Positions 48,221 to 57,504 are shown, counted from the stretch's first letter. The stretch is DNA of 64,000 nucleotides from an uncultured Collinsella sp. (GCA_958435945.1 CAUBIC010000010.1:1967-65966), one strand, 5' to 3'. Notes: generated from the sequence alone by a model not told the origin. Made by a program: numbers and translations.

Positions 48221-49702
48221 TTATCGATGGAAGAAACCGCGGCGCTCAAACTTGGGCTCGCAGCACACGTTGATACCCAGTTTGCGCAGCACAGTCTCGT
48301 CCGTCGGCGAGATAATCACGCTAAAGAAGGCATCGCAACCGCGCAGCTGCTCCAGGCCAGAAAGAACACGAGCAGCAGTCTCGCTCGTGGCAGAGGTGAT
48401 CGACAGCGCCATAAGCGTCTCGTCGGTGTGGAGGCGCGGGTTTTTGCTGCCCAGGAAATGCGTCTTGAGCTTGCTGATGGGCTCGATCGCCTCATCGCTG
48501 ATGACCTCGAGCTCAAGGTCGACACCCGAAACATGCTTGAGGGCGTTCATGATCAGCGAACTCGCAGCGCCCAGGCGCGTGGAGGTCTTACCGGTCACCA
48601 CGGAACCGTCCGGCATGACCATGGCGCCCACGGGACCACCCGTCAGCTGCTCCCTGGTTAGGGCCGCCGAGCGCGCCGGTGAGTAGTTCTTATCGATGCC
48701 GGCCTTCTTCATAATAATCTTGAGACGGTCGACTTGCTCATCGCCCACGCCGGTACGGCGCACATTTTCGACCGCGGTAAAGTAGCGGCGGACGATCTCC
48801 ATCTTGGAAGCGTCGCGGCAGGCATCGTCATCGGTGATGGCAAAGCCGACCATATTTACACCCATGTCGGTGGGGCTCTGGTAGGGGCTCTTGCCTAGGA
48901 TCTTTTCCATCAGGGCACGGACCACCGGGAAGGCCTCGACGTCGCGGTTGTAGTTGACCGTGGTCTTGTTGTAGGCCTCAAGGTGAAAGGAATCGATGAT
49001 GTTGGCATCGTCGAGGTCCGCCGTGGCGGCCTCGTAGGCAATATTGACCGGATGCGTCAGGGGAAGATTCCAGACCGGGAAGGTCTCAAACTTGGCATAA
49101 CCGGCGGCGGTGCCGTGCTTATGCTCGTGATACAGCTGTGAGAGGCAGGTGGCGAGCTTGCCCGAGCCAGGGCCGGGCGCCGTCACGACAACGAGCGGAC
49201 GCGTGGTCTCGACGAACTCGTTCTTGCCGTAGCCTTCGTCAGAAACGATCAGATCGACGTCGTGCGGATAGCCCTCAATGGGATAGTGCAGCTTGGCGGG
49301 AATGCCGAGTGCATTCAGACGATTGCGGAAGACGTCGGCAGCGGGCTGACCGGCATACTGCGTGATAACCACGGCCGCGACAGCAAAACCGTTGCCGCGG
49401 AACAGGTCGACCAGGCGCAAGACGTCCTCGTCATAGGTAATGCCCAGGTCGCCACGGGCCTTGTTCTTCTCGATATGGTTTGCATTGATTGCGATGATGA
49501 CCTCGACGTCGTCGGCAATGCTCTTGAGCATGCGGAACTTGCTGTCCGGCTCAAAACCCGGCAGCACGCGACTCGCATGATAGTCGTCAAACAGCTTGCC
49601 GCCAAACTCCAAATAGAGCTTACCGCCAAACTGCGAGATGCGCTCCTTAATGTGAGCAGCCTGCAGCTCGATATACTTCGCGTTGTCGAAACCCTGGCGC
49701 AT
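48221..49702 (-). CDS. DUF1846 (UPF0371) family protein
   Basis: FDNAKYIELQAAHIKERI...LYLEFGGKLFDDYHASRVLPGF is the conserved UPF0371 N-terminus. Alternative start at 49726. Confidence 0.85.
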   Translation of the reverse strand: MRQGFDNAKYIELQAAHIKERISQFGGKLYLEFGGKLFDDYHASRVLPGFEPDSKFRMLKSIADDVEVIIAINANHIEKNKARGDLGITYDEDVLRLVDLFRGNGFAVAAVVITQYAGQPAADVFRNRLNALGIPAKLHYPIEGYPHDVDLIVSDEGYGKNEFVETTRPLVVVTAPGPGSGKLATCLSQLYHEHKHGTAAGYAKFETFPVWNLPLTHPVNIAYEAATADLDDANIIDSFHLEAYNKTTVNYNRDVEAFPVVRALMEKILGKSPYQSPTDMGVNMVGFAITDDDACRDASKMEIVRRYFTAVENVRRTGVGDEQVDRLKIIMKKAGIDKNYSPARSAALTREQLTGGPVGAMVMPDGSVVTGKTSTRLGAASSLIMNALKHVSGVDLELEVISDEAIEPISKLKTHFLGSKNPRLHTDETLMALSITSATSETAARVLSGLEQLRGCDAFFSVIISPTDETVLRKLGINVCCEPKFERRGFFHR

Positions 49703-49810
49703 GTATGGCTCCCGTCCCGTTTCCATTTAATGTCCTAGGCGATTATAACGGAGCAGACCCTTCCCGATGCCCAGGTCATCAACAGGCACCAACCAAACAT
49801 GCCATCGATA

Positions 49811-49878
49811 AGTTGCGGTGGAATAGTTCCTGTTTAACCCCTCAAGACGGCCAAACAGGAACTATTCCACCGCAACTT
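49811..49878. repeat. palindromic element, copy 2 (AGTTGCGGTGGAATAGTTCCTGTTT / AAACAGGAACTATTCCACCGCAACT)
   Basis: 25-bp perfect arms with an 18-nt loop. The outer 19 nt are shared with the element at 10318-10383. Confidence 0.8.
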
Positions 49879-50054
49879 CCCCATTTGGCGCAAAGTAACC
49901 TGACCCCTTTGCACCAACAACAGAAACGTCGCGGGCAGAGAACGGACAGCGAACGGGCACCAGAGCGAGCAAGCAGTCCCTTGCACCAATAAGGGGAGCG
50001 TCGCAGGTTGAGCATAAGTCAGCGAGCGACGTCCAGGACGTACAAGTTGGCATG

Positions 50055-50096
50055 AAAAAGGCAAGGCATAGACCTTTTGGTCATGCCTTGCCTTTT
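50055..50096. terminator. bidirectional rho-independent terminator
   Basis: AAAAAGGCAAGGCAT / ATGCCTTGCCTTTT stem flanked by an A-run and a T-run. Nested inside a longer CGTCCAGGACG / CGTCCTGGACG stem. Confidence 0.7.
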
Positions 50097-50307
50097 GAAT
50101 GACAAATTGTCGTCCTGGACGGCGCGCAGCGTCGGCCGGTTCCGGCGTTTGGTAAAACGCCGGAACACAAGAGCGCCCCCTCCCGCGCACGGAACGGGAG
50201 GGGGCTAAAGGTAGGAGTCTACCGGTGGGTTGACCCCACCGGACAGACGATGACCAGGTGATCCTTTACAGGATCGTCAAGGTTTCCGTGGGGTACCCGT
50301 TGGGTAC

Positions 50308-51786
50308 TTAGAGCATCACGCAAGCGACGGTCAGGATGATGGCGCAGACGACGGAGAGAGCGACGATGAGCTTAAGGGCAAACTTGAGCCAGGTCGTCCA
50401 CTCGATCTTGGCCAGGGCGAGACCGCCCATGATGGCGCCGGAGGTCGGGGTGAACAGGTTCACAACGCCGATGGCAGAGGAGAAGATCATGACCATGACC
50501 TCGGGCGAGAAGCCGAGCTTAACAGCCAGCGGTCCCATGATAGGCATGGAGACGGTAGCCATACCAGAGGTCGAGGGGATCAGGAAGGACAGGCCGAAGT
50601 AGACCAGGAAGCTCATGGGAGCGAAGATCACGCCGGACAGGCCAGCCAGAGCATTGGCGGCAGCGTCGAGGACGTAGACGTCGAGGCCGGTGTTAGCCAT
50701 GAGGACGGAGATACCACGGGCGAGGGCGATGACGAGAACAACGGACATCATGTCGGCAGCGCCGGTGATGAAGGTGTTAACGATCTGCTTCTCGGACAGG
50801 CCACCGATGATACCGATCAGGACGGCCATGAGGAAGAACCAGGTGGAAGCCTCGTCGAAGTACCACTGACCAATGGGCAGGCCGGTGATCAGGGCAGACC
50901 AGCCCTGGACGACGGCGTTACCGTCGGCGTCGTAGACAGCGCCAGCGTCGAAGAAGTTGGCGACGCCCTCGTTGAGGTCGGCCAGCGGAATGAAGCCGAC
51001 GATCATGACGACGAAGGTGAAGGCAAAGGCGATCAGAACACCCTTCTGACGACCGGTGAGCTTGACCTCATTGTGAACCTCGGAAGCAGCCTTGCCGTGA
51101 GCCTCTTCGGCGTCCTTGAGCTCCTGCATCGACAGGATGGTGGAACCCTTGTCAGCCTTGACCTTCTTGGCATAGCTCATGACGAAGAAGATGGACATGG
51201 CAGTGGTAACAATCCACAGGACGGCACCGAGGCCGATGATGATGGACTGGTTGACCTCAATGCCAACGCCGGTCAGAGCGTCGACGGCAGCGCCGACGGC
51301 GAACGGGTTAACCGTGGAGCCCAGGCAGCCGCAGCCAGCGCCGAGCAGGACGGTGGCGGCACCGACCATCGGGTCGAAGCCAGCGGCCATCATGGTAGCG
51401 GCAAGCAGGGCGTAGAAGGGAACGGTCTCCTCGCACATACCATAGGTGGTACCACCGAGGGAGAAGATGAGCATCAGCACGGGAATGAGCATGATCTCGT
51501 TGCCCTTAAGCTTCTGCACCAGAACGGCAATGCCGTTGTCCAGGGCGCCGGTCTCGGTCATCATGCCGAGGAAGCCGCCCAGGATCATAACGAAGAGGCA
51601 GACGGGCAGAGCGTCAGCGAAGCCCTTAATCGGGGCGGTGCAGAAATCGCTCAGACGGGCGGCAGTAACCGCGCCGCCGGACGTGCCGGAGACGATAACG
51701 GTAACTACTGCAACAATTGCCAGCAGAGCAAGAAGAATGGTGAACGATGAAGGCATACCGCGCTTTTTCTTAGCGGTCTCAGTCAT
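50308..51786 (-). CDS. YfcC/DcuC (C4-dicarboxylate anaerobic carrier, PF03606-type) transporter, probable arginine/ornithine exchanger of the arc cluster
   Basis: Polytopic membrane protein with a basic N-terminus (TETAKKKRGMPSSFTIL) typical of YfcC. Located downstream of arcA-arcB. Start uncertain (51786, 51795 or 51813). Confidence 0.75.
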   Translation of the reverse strand: MTETAKKKRGMPSSFTILLALLAIVAVVTVIVSGTSGGAVTAARLSDFCTAPIKGFADALPVCLFVMILGGFLGMMTETGALDNGIAVLVQKLKGNEIMLIPVLMLIFSLGGTTYGMCEETVPFYALLAATMMAAGFDPMVGAATVLLGAGCGCLGSTVNPFAVGAAVDALTGVGIEVNQSIIIGLGAVLWIVTTAMSIFFVMSYAKKVKADKGSTILSMQELKDAEEAHGKAASEVHNEVKLTGRQKGVLIAFAFTFVVMIVGFIPLADLNEGVANFFDAGAVYDADGNAVVQGWSALITGLPIGQWYFDEASTWFFLMAVLIGIIGGLSEKQIVNTFITGAADMMSVVLVIALARGISVLMANTGLDVYVLDAAANALAGLSGVIFAPMSFLVYFGLSFLIPSTSGMATVSMPIMGPLAVKLGFSPEVMVMIFSSAIGVVNLFTPTSGAIMGGLALAKIEWTTWLKFALKLIVALSVVCAIILTVACVML

Positions 51787-51933
51787 AGTTCTCATCCCCC
51801 CTTCATAAATCATTTACTGATCTCGCCCGAAGCGGCTCTTCCGTGCCGTGCCTGCCGCTCGATGCGAGATTTTTACCAGATAAAGCCGCTCGGGGTGTTC
51901 AACAATACACCCCGAGCGAGATGCTAGATGCAC

Positions 51934-52929
51934 TTACTTGAGCGTGGCGTACATGACGGCCTTGATGGTGTGCATGCGGTTCTCGGCCTCGTCGAAGACC
52001 TTGGAAGCGGGGCTCTCGAAGACCTCGTCGGTGACCTCCTGCTCGGTGATGCCGAACTGCTCGCACTTCTCGGCGCCAATGGTGGTGTTGGTGTCGTGGA
52101 AGCTGGGCAGGCAGTGCAGGAAGATGGCACCCGGGTTGGCCATAGCCATGACCTCGGAGGTGACACGATACGGGGTGAGCTGAGCGATGCGCTCGGCCCA
52201 GACCTCGTCAGGCTCGCCCATGGAGACCCACACGTCGGTGTAGATAACGTCGGCACCGGTGACGCCGTCCTTGACGTCGGTGGTCAGCTTGATGGTGCAG
52301 CCGTTGGCCTCGGCGATGGGCTTGCAGGCCTCGATGACGTCGTCGGCGGGCATGCACTCCTCGGGGCCGCAGGCCACGAAGTTCATGCCGAGCTTGGAGC
52401 AGACAACCATAAGGGAGCGAGCAACGTTGTTCTTGCAGTCGCCCATGAAGACGAGGGTCTTGCCCTTGATGTCGTAGTTGAAGTTCTCCTGGACGGTCAG
52501 GATGTCGGCGAGCATCTGGGTGGGATGCCACTCAGTGGTCAGGCCGTTCCACACGGGCACGCCGGACTTAGCAGCGAGCTCCTCGACGTCGTCCTGGGCA
52601 AAGCCGCGGAACTCGATGCCGTCATACATGCGACCGAGAACGCGGGCGGTGTCCTCGATGGACTCCTTCTTGCCCATCTGCGACGAACCCGGATCAAGGT
52701 AGGTGACGCCCATGCCCAGATCCATGCCGCCGACCTCGAAGGCGCAGCGGGTACGAGTGGAGGTCTTCTGGAAAAGCAGAACGATGTTCTTGCCCTCGAG
52801 ATAGCGGTGCGGAACGCCAGCGCGCTTCATGTCCTTGAAGTTCTTGGAGAGCTTGAGCAGGTACTCGATCTCCTCGGTGGTGAGGTCGAGAAGCTTGAGG
52901 AAGCTACGGCCGGAGAGGTTAACACCCAT
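51934..52929 (-). CDS. arcB: ornithine carbamoyltransferase (catabolic by context)
   Basis: [13 protein letters not shown] and HCLP motifs. Start at the ATG at 52927-52929 after AAGGAAA. Confidence 0.92.
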   Translation of the reverse strand: MGVNLSGRSFLKLLDLTTEEIEYLLKLSKNFKDMKRAGVPHRYLEGKNIVLLFQKTSTRTRCAFEVGGMDLGMGVTYLDPGSSQMGKKESIEDTARVLGRMYDGIEFRGFAQDDVEELAAKSGVPVWNGLTTEWHPTQMLADILTVQENFNYDIKGKTLVFMGDCKNNVARSLMVVCSKLGMNFVACGPEECMPADDVIEACKPIAEANGCTIKLTTDVKDGVTGADVIYTDVWVSMGEPDEVWAERIAQLTPYRVTSEVMAMANPGAIFLHCLPSFHDTNTTIGAEKCEQFGITEQEVTDEVFESPASKVFDEAENRMHTIKAVMYATLK

Positions 52930-53033
52930 GGTTCGTTTCCTTTCGAAAAAATGAATTACGTAAGTATTAGTGTCACCCATTTGACGGGCGAAGCCGGTGC
53001 GGCTGTAGGGAGACCGCACCGGAAACGGAAAGA

Positions 53034-54300
53034 CTTAGAGGTCCTCGCGCCAGAAGGGCATGCTCATGCAGCGCGGGCCGCCACGGCCGCGGGAGAGCTC
53101 GGCGGAGGGCACGACGAGAAGGTCCAGGCCCTCCTTGTACAGCACGTCGTTGGTGACGGTGTTGCGGGCGTAGACGCAGATCTTGCCGGGCTCGACGCAC
53201 AGGGTGTTGGAGCCGTCGTTCCACTGCTCGCGGGAGGCCGCGATCGGGTCGCCGCCGCCGCAGGGGATCAGCTTGACCTGGTCGACGCCGGTGGCGTCCT
53301 CCAGGACGTGCTCGAGGGTGTCCTCGATCAGGCGGATGTTCACGTCGCCCGGGTTCTTGCCGGCGGTCAGCTCGTAGACGCGCAGGGTGCCCATGATGGC
53401 GGGGTGGATCGTGAACTTATCGACGTCGATCTGGGTGAAGACCGTGTCGAGGTGCATGAAGGCGCGCGAGACCGGGATGTCGAAGGCCAGGATGCGCTCG
53501 ACCTTGGAGTCGGAGTTCCAGAAGATGTTCTGGGCCATGACGTCGATAGCGGCGGCCTGGGTGCGCTGGGAGATGCCGACGGCGAGGGTCTTCTCGTTGA
53601 TGTTCAGCACGTCGCCGCCCTCGGTGTGGAACTGGCAGTCGCGGCGGAAGTACAGGGAGACGTCCTTGTAGTCGGGGTGGTACTTGAAGACGTACTTGCC
53701 GTACAGGGTCTCGCGGTTGCGGGTGACCGAGTACATGCGGTTGAGGTTGACGCCCTCGCCGACGACCGCGAACGGGTCGCGGGTGAAGTAGAGGTTGGGC
53801 ATCGGGTCGATGATCAGGTCGGACTCGGACTCGGAGTTGACCAGGGAGTCGAGGGTCGTGGACGCCGTGAGGGGCATGTCGATCTCGGCCTTGGTCATGC
53901 CGGCCATGGTCTTCTTGACGAACTCGAGGTTGTCCTCGATGGAGTCCAGCTTCTCGCGGACGATCTGCGGCATGTGCTGGCCGCGGATGCCGGCCTCGGC
54001 GATGTACTGGTCGGTGAACTCGGCGCGGGCGCCGGGGACCTGGTCGAACACCTCGGCGACGAGGTTCTCGAGGTAGAGCACCTCGACGCCCTGGTCCCTC
54101 AGGATCTGGGCGAAGGTGTCGTGCTCCTGCTGCGCGACCTCCAGGAACGGGACGTCGTCGAACAGGAGTCGCTCGAGCTCGTCGGGCGGCAGGTTGAGGA
54201 GCTCGTCGCCGGGACGGTGCAGGCAGACCTTCCTGAGCTTGCCGATCTCGGAAGGCACGTGCAGACCTTTCGTCATGGCCTCCTACCTTTCTTTCGGGCC
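53034..54300. repeat. 1,267-bp segment identical to 56238-57504
   Basis: The two 413-aa products are identical, as are all overlapping antisense ORF translations in the track. Direct reading shows identity from 1 nt past the stop codon to 24 nt upstream of the ATG. Confidence 0.9.
53035..54276 (-). CDS. arcA: arginine deiminase, copy 1
   Basis: MTKGLHVPSEIGKLRKVCLHRPG...GGPRCMSMPFWRED are ADI N- and C-terminal motifs including the catalytic Cys. Confidence 0.95.
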   Translation of the reverse strand: MTKGLHVPSEIGKLRKVCLHRPGDELLNLPPDELERLLFDDVPFLEVAQQEHDTFAQILRDQGVEVLYLENLVAEVFDQVPGARAEFTDQYIAEAGIRGQHMPQIVREKLDSIEDNLEFVKKTMAGMTKAEIDMPLTASTTLDSLVNSESESDLIIDPMPNLYFTRDPFAVVGEGVNLNRMYSVTRNRETLYGKYVFKYHPDYKDVSLYFRRDCQFHTEGGDVLNINEKTLAVGISQRTQAAAIDVMAQNIFWNSDSKVERILAFDIPVSRAFMHLDTVFTQIDVDKFTIHPAIMGTLRVYELTAGKNPGDVNIRLIEDTLEHVLEDATGVDQVKLIPCGGGDPIAASREQWNDGSNTLCVEPGKICVYARNTVTNDVLYKEGLDLLVVPSAELSRGRGGPRCMSMPFWREDL

Positions 54301-54760
54301 CCTGTCAGGGCCGATTCGTTAGCGCCCCTCCGTGTGAGGCGTTATTGCTGACGACATATTTATATCCAAAATCAATCCATACTTCCACCTCGCCCCCGAA
54401 CGGTTTTATATGAGGGGTGAACGGCATACACATATACTTCACGCATGGCATACTTTGATTAAATAAAGTGGATTTACGTGCTTAAACGCTTTTTAACCGC
54501 AAGGTCAATTGAAACTAACCTTTGTTAAACCACCCTCAAATTGCATATTTCGCGCAACGATATGAATAGAATTCGCAATTCTTGCTGTGTCTCAACCATT
54601 TTGATTTTTATTCAGAATAAAGTTCGTCCTATTCATTTTTGGCAAACAGATTACCGTTTACCAGACGTTGGATACCGTTCACCGGAAGCTCAGTATAAGG
54701 CCCGCCGAATACCCGATTGATCCTGCGTCTTCATTTGTAACAACTTGTCTTTTCCGGCGG

Positions 54761-54801
54761 CAAAGACAAACAGACCCGTTCCCCAAAAGGGAGCGGGTCT
54801 G
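54761..54801 (-). terminator. rho-independent terminator of the aminotransferase gene
   Basis: CAGACCCGCTCC...GGAACGGGTCTG stem followed by TTTGTCTTTG on the minus strand. Confidence 0.6.
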
Positions 54802-54855
54802 CATTCGGTACACCTAGGGCCCAGTAAGGGTTAGGCCTTCGAGAACCTCAAGGGA

Positions 54856-55980
54856 CTAGCGATCGAACTCGGCCAGTGCCTCGCCCAGAAGCCTCAGGCC
54901 CTCGCGAAGAACATCTTCGCTCGCGCAGTAGCCCATGCGCGCTCCGCAGGGAAGCTCAAAGCGGCTACCGGGTACCAGCAGCACTCCCCTCTCGGACAGC
55001 AGGCGCTTGCAGAACTCCTCATCGTCCTCGGGAATATCCAGCTGGATAAACGAGGTAGACACGCCCCGCGGGGCCGTCCAGGAGACACGATGCTGCGTAT
55101 CGATCCAAGCCTGTGCGATATCGCGGTTGCCAAACACGATCTTGCGGTTGCGCTCGAGAATCTTGTCCTTGTGCTCGAGCACGTAGGTCGCCAAAGCATC
55201 GTTAAACACGCCACCGCAGATCATGGTGTAGTCGCGGTAGGTGCGGATGCGGTTGGACACCTCTTCGTCCGCAACGACCCAGCCCACGCGGGCTGCAGGC
55301 GTCGAATAGGTCTTGGACACCGAGTTGGTGACAATGGCCCTCTCGTACACGTCGGCCATCGACATAAAGGACTCAGTGTTCTCGAGCGGCAGATACACCT
55401 CGTCGCACAGCACGTAGGCGCCCACCGAACGGGCAATCTCGGCAATCTGACCGAGCGTATCGGCATCAAGCACCGTACCGATGGGGTTCGATGCGTTATT
55501 GATGCAGATGAGCTTGGTGTTGGGGCGAACGAGGCGCTTGAGCTGTTCAATATCGGGTTTCCATCCGAGCTCCTCGCGAAGCTCCCAATACTCGACCTCG
55601 GCACCAAGCGTACGCGGGATCTCATAGAGCGGCGCATAGGTAGGCCACTCGGCAATCACGTGATCGCCGGGCCCGACAACGGCCATGATGGCGTTGAGGT
55701 TGGCGCCCGTGCAGCCATTGGTCTGCAGAATGTGATCGGGATTGACCTCGCGACGATACAGCTTGGCGACCTCGGCCTTAAACTCCGGCGAACCCTCGAT
55801 CCAGCCGTAGTTCATCTTCTCGCGATCCAGACGCTCGTAGAACGTAGCGCCGTCCTGCTCGTCGAGCGCGCGAAGCTCGCCCATGGTCAGCGATGAGATC
55901 GTCGACTGGGCAATGTCCCACGTAGCGCTCTTCTCCCAAACGTTAAGCCATTCCTCAACGCCAATTGTCTTGATATCCAT
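54856..55980 (-). CDS. class I/II PLP-dependent aminotransferase
   Basis: NSVSKTYSTPAARVGW (PLP lysine block) and NNASNPIG. Start at the ATG at 55978-55980. Confidence 0.85.
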   Translation of the reverse strand: MDIKTIGVEEWLNVWEKSATWDIAQSTISSLTMGELRALDEQDGATFYERLDREKMNYGWIEGSPEFKAEVAKLYRREVNPDHILQTNGCTGANLNAIMAVVGPGDHVIAEWPTYAPLYEIPRTLGAEVEYWELREELGWKPDIEQLKRLVRPNTKLICINNASNPIGTVLDADTLGQIAEIARSVGAYVLCDEVYLPLENTESFMSMADVYERAIVTNSVSKTYSTPAARVGWVVADEEVSNRIRTYRDYTMICGGVFNDALATYVLEHKDKILERNRKIVFGNRDIAQAWIDTQHRVSWTAPRGVSTSFIQLDIPEDDEEFCKRLLSERGVLLVPGSRFELPCGARMGYCASEDVLREGLRLLGEALAEFDR

Positions 55981-56134
55981 GACTAAGCTCCAATCGCTAG
56001 AACACGGGGATGATGCCGACAAAGGTCATGGGAATCGAGATGATGCCCAAAAGGCAAAGAAGCCGTCACCGTTGGGGTATCAACGTGACCGCCTCTAGAC
56101 ATAATGGACACCTTATCTGATGCTAATTTAGCTT

Positions 56135-56175
56135 ATTAGACAAGAATGGGGCGGTGCGAAAACCCGCACCGCCCC
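56135..56175 (-). terminator. terminator after arcA copy 2
   Basis: GGGGCGGTGCG / CGCACCGCCCC stem followed by ATTCTTGTCT on the minus strand. Confidence 0.55.
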
Positions 56176-56237
56176 ATTTGGAGACATCTAATGGCAGCTA
56201 GATGTTTGTATTAAGACCCGTACGGATCTTTGAAAAC

Positions 56238-57504
56238 CTTAGAGGTCCTCGCGCCAGAAGGGCATGCTCATGCAGCGCGGGCCGCCACGGCCGCGGGAGA
56301 GCTCGGCGGAGGGCACGACGAGAAGGTCCAGGCCCTCCTTGTACAGCACGTCGTTGGTGACGGTGTTGCGGGCGTAGACGCAGATCTTGCCGGGCTCGAC
56401 GCACAGGGTGTTGGAGCCGTCGTTCCACTGCTCGCGGGAGGCCGCGATCGGGTCGCCGCCGCCGCAGGGGATCAGCTTGACCTGGTCGACGCCGGTGGCG
56501 TCCTCCAGGACGTGCTCGAGGGTGTCCTCGATCAGGCGGATGTTCACGTCGCCCGGGTTCTTGCCGGCGGTCAGCTCGTAGACGCGCAGGGTGCCCATGA
56601 TGGCGGGGTGGATCGTGAACTTATCGACGTCGATCTGGGTGAAGACCGTGTCGAGGTGCATGAAGGCGCGCGAGACCGGGATGTCGAAGGCCAGGATGCG
56701 CTCGACCTTGGAGTCGGAGTTCCAGAAGATGTTCTGGGCCATGACGTCGATAGCGGCGGCCTGGGTGCGCTGGGAGATGCCGACGGCGAGGGTCTTCTCG
56801 TTGATGTTCAGCACGTCGCCGCCCTCGGTGTGGAACTGGCAGTCGCGGCGGAAGTACAGGGAGACGTCCTTGTAGTCGGGGTGGTACTTGAAGACGTACT
56901 TGCCGTACAGGGTCTCGCGGTTGCGGGTGACCGAGTACATGCGGTTGAGGTTGACGCCCTCGCCGACGACCGCGAACGGGTCGCGGGTGAAGTAGAGGTT
57001 GGGCATCGGGTCGATGATCAGGTCGGACTCGGACTCGGAGTTGACCAGGGAGTCGAGGGTCGTGGACGCCGTGAGGGGCATGTCGATCTCGGCCTTGGTC
57101 ATGCCGGCCATGGTCTTCTTGACGAACTCGAGGTTGTCCTCGATGGAGTCCAGCTTCTCGCGGACGATCTGCGGCATGTGCTGGCCGCGGATGCCGGCCT
57201 CGGCGATGTACTGGTCGGTGAACTCGGCGCGGGCGCCGGGGACCTGGTCGAACACCTCGGCGACGAGGTTCTCGAGGTAGAGCACCTCGACGCCCTGGTC
57301 CCTCAGGATCTGGGCGAAGGTGTCGTGCTCCTGCTGCGCGACCTCCAGGAACGGGACGTCGTCGAACAGGAGTCGCTCGAGCTCGTCGGGCGGCAGGTTG
57401 AGGAGCTCGTCGCCGGGACGGTGCAGGCAGACCTTCCTGAGCTTGCCGATCTCGGAAGGCACGTGCAGACCTTTCGTCATGGCCTCCTACCTTTCTTTCG
57501 GGCC
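56238..57504. repeat. 1,267-bp segment identical to 53034-54300
   Basis: See the paired feature; the offset is exactly 3,204 nt. Confidence 0.9.
56239..57480 (-). CDS. arcA: arginine deiminase, copy 2 (identical to copy 1)
   Basis: The 413-aa product is identical to that of 53035-54276. Confidence 0.95.
   Translation of the reverse strand: MTKGLHVPSEIGKLRKVCLHRPGDELLNLPPDELERLLFDDVPFLEVAQQEHDTFAQILRDQGVEVLYLENLVAEVFDQVPGARAEFTDQYIAEAGIRGQHMPQIVREKLDSIEDNLEFVKKTMAGMTKAEIDMPLTASTTLDSLVNSESESDLIIDPMPNLYFTRDPFAVVGEGVNLNRMYSVTRNRETLYGKYVFKYHPDYKDVSLYFRRDCQFHTEGGDVLNINEKTLAVGISQRTQAAAIDVMAQNIFWNSDSKVERILAFDIPVSRAFMHLDTVFTQIDVDKFTIHPAIMGTLRVYELTAGKNPGDVNIRLIEDTLEHVLEDATGVDQVKLIPCGGGDPIAASREQWNDGSNTLCVEPGKICVYARNTVTNDVLYKEGLDLLVVPSAELSRGRGGPRCMSMPFWREDL

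Noticed and set aside
55990-56060. Hydrophobic mini-ORF (about 10-17 codons, ...MTFVGIIPVF) just upstream of the aminotransferase start, considered as a leader peptide.
   Set aside because: It is too short, it lacks a convincing SD, and there is no obvious attenuator structure that depends on it. I cannot support it from sequence alone.
53034-57504. The arcA duplication as a mobile element or composite transposon.
   Set aside because: There is no transposase, integrase or terminal inverted repeat, and no target-site duplication at the identity boundaries. The boundaries coincide with the CDS edges, which points to gene conversion or an assembly issue rather than transposition.
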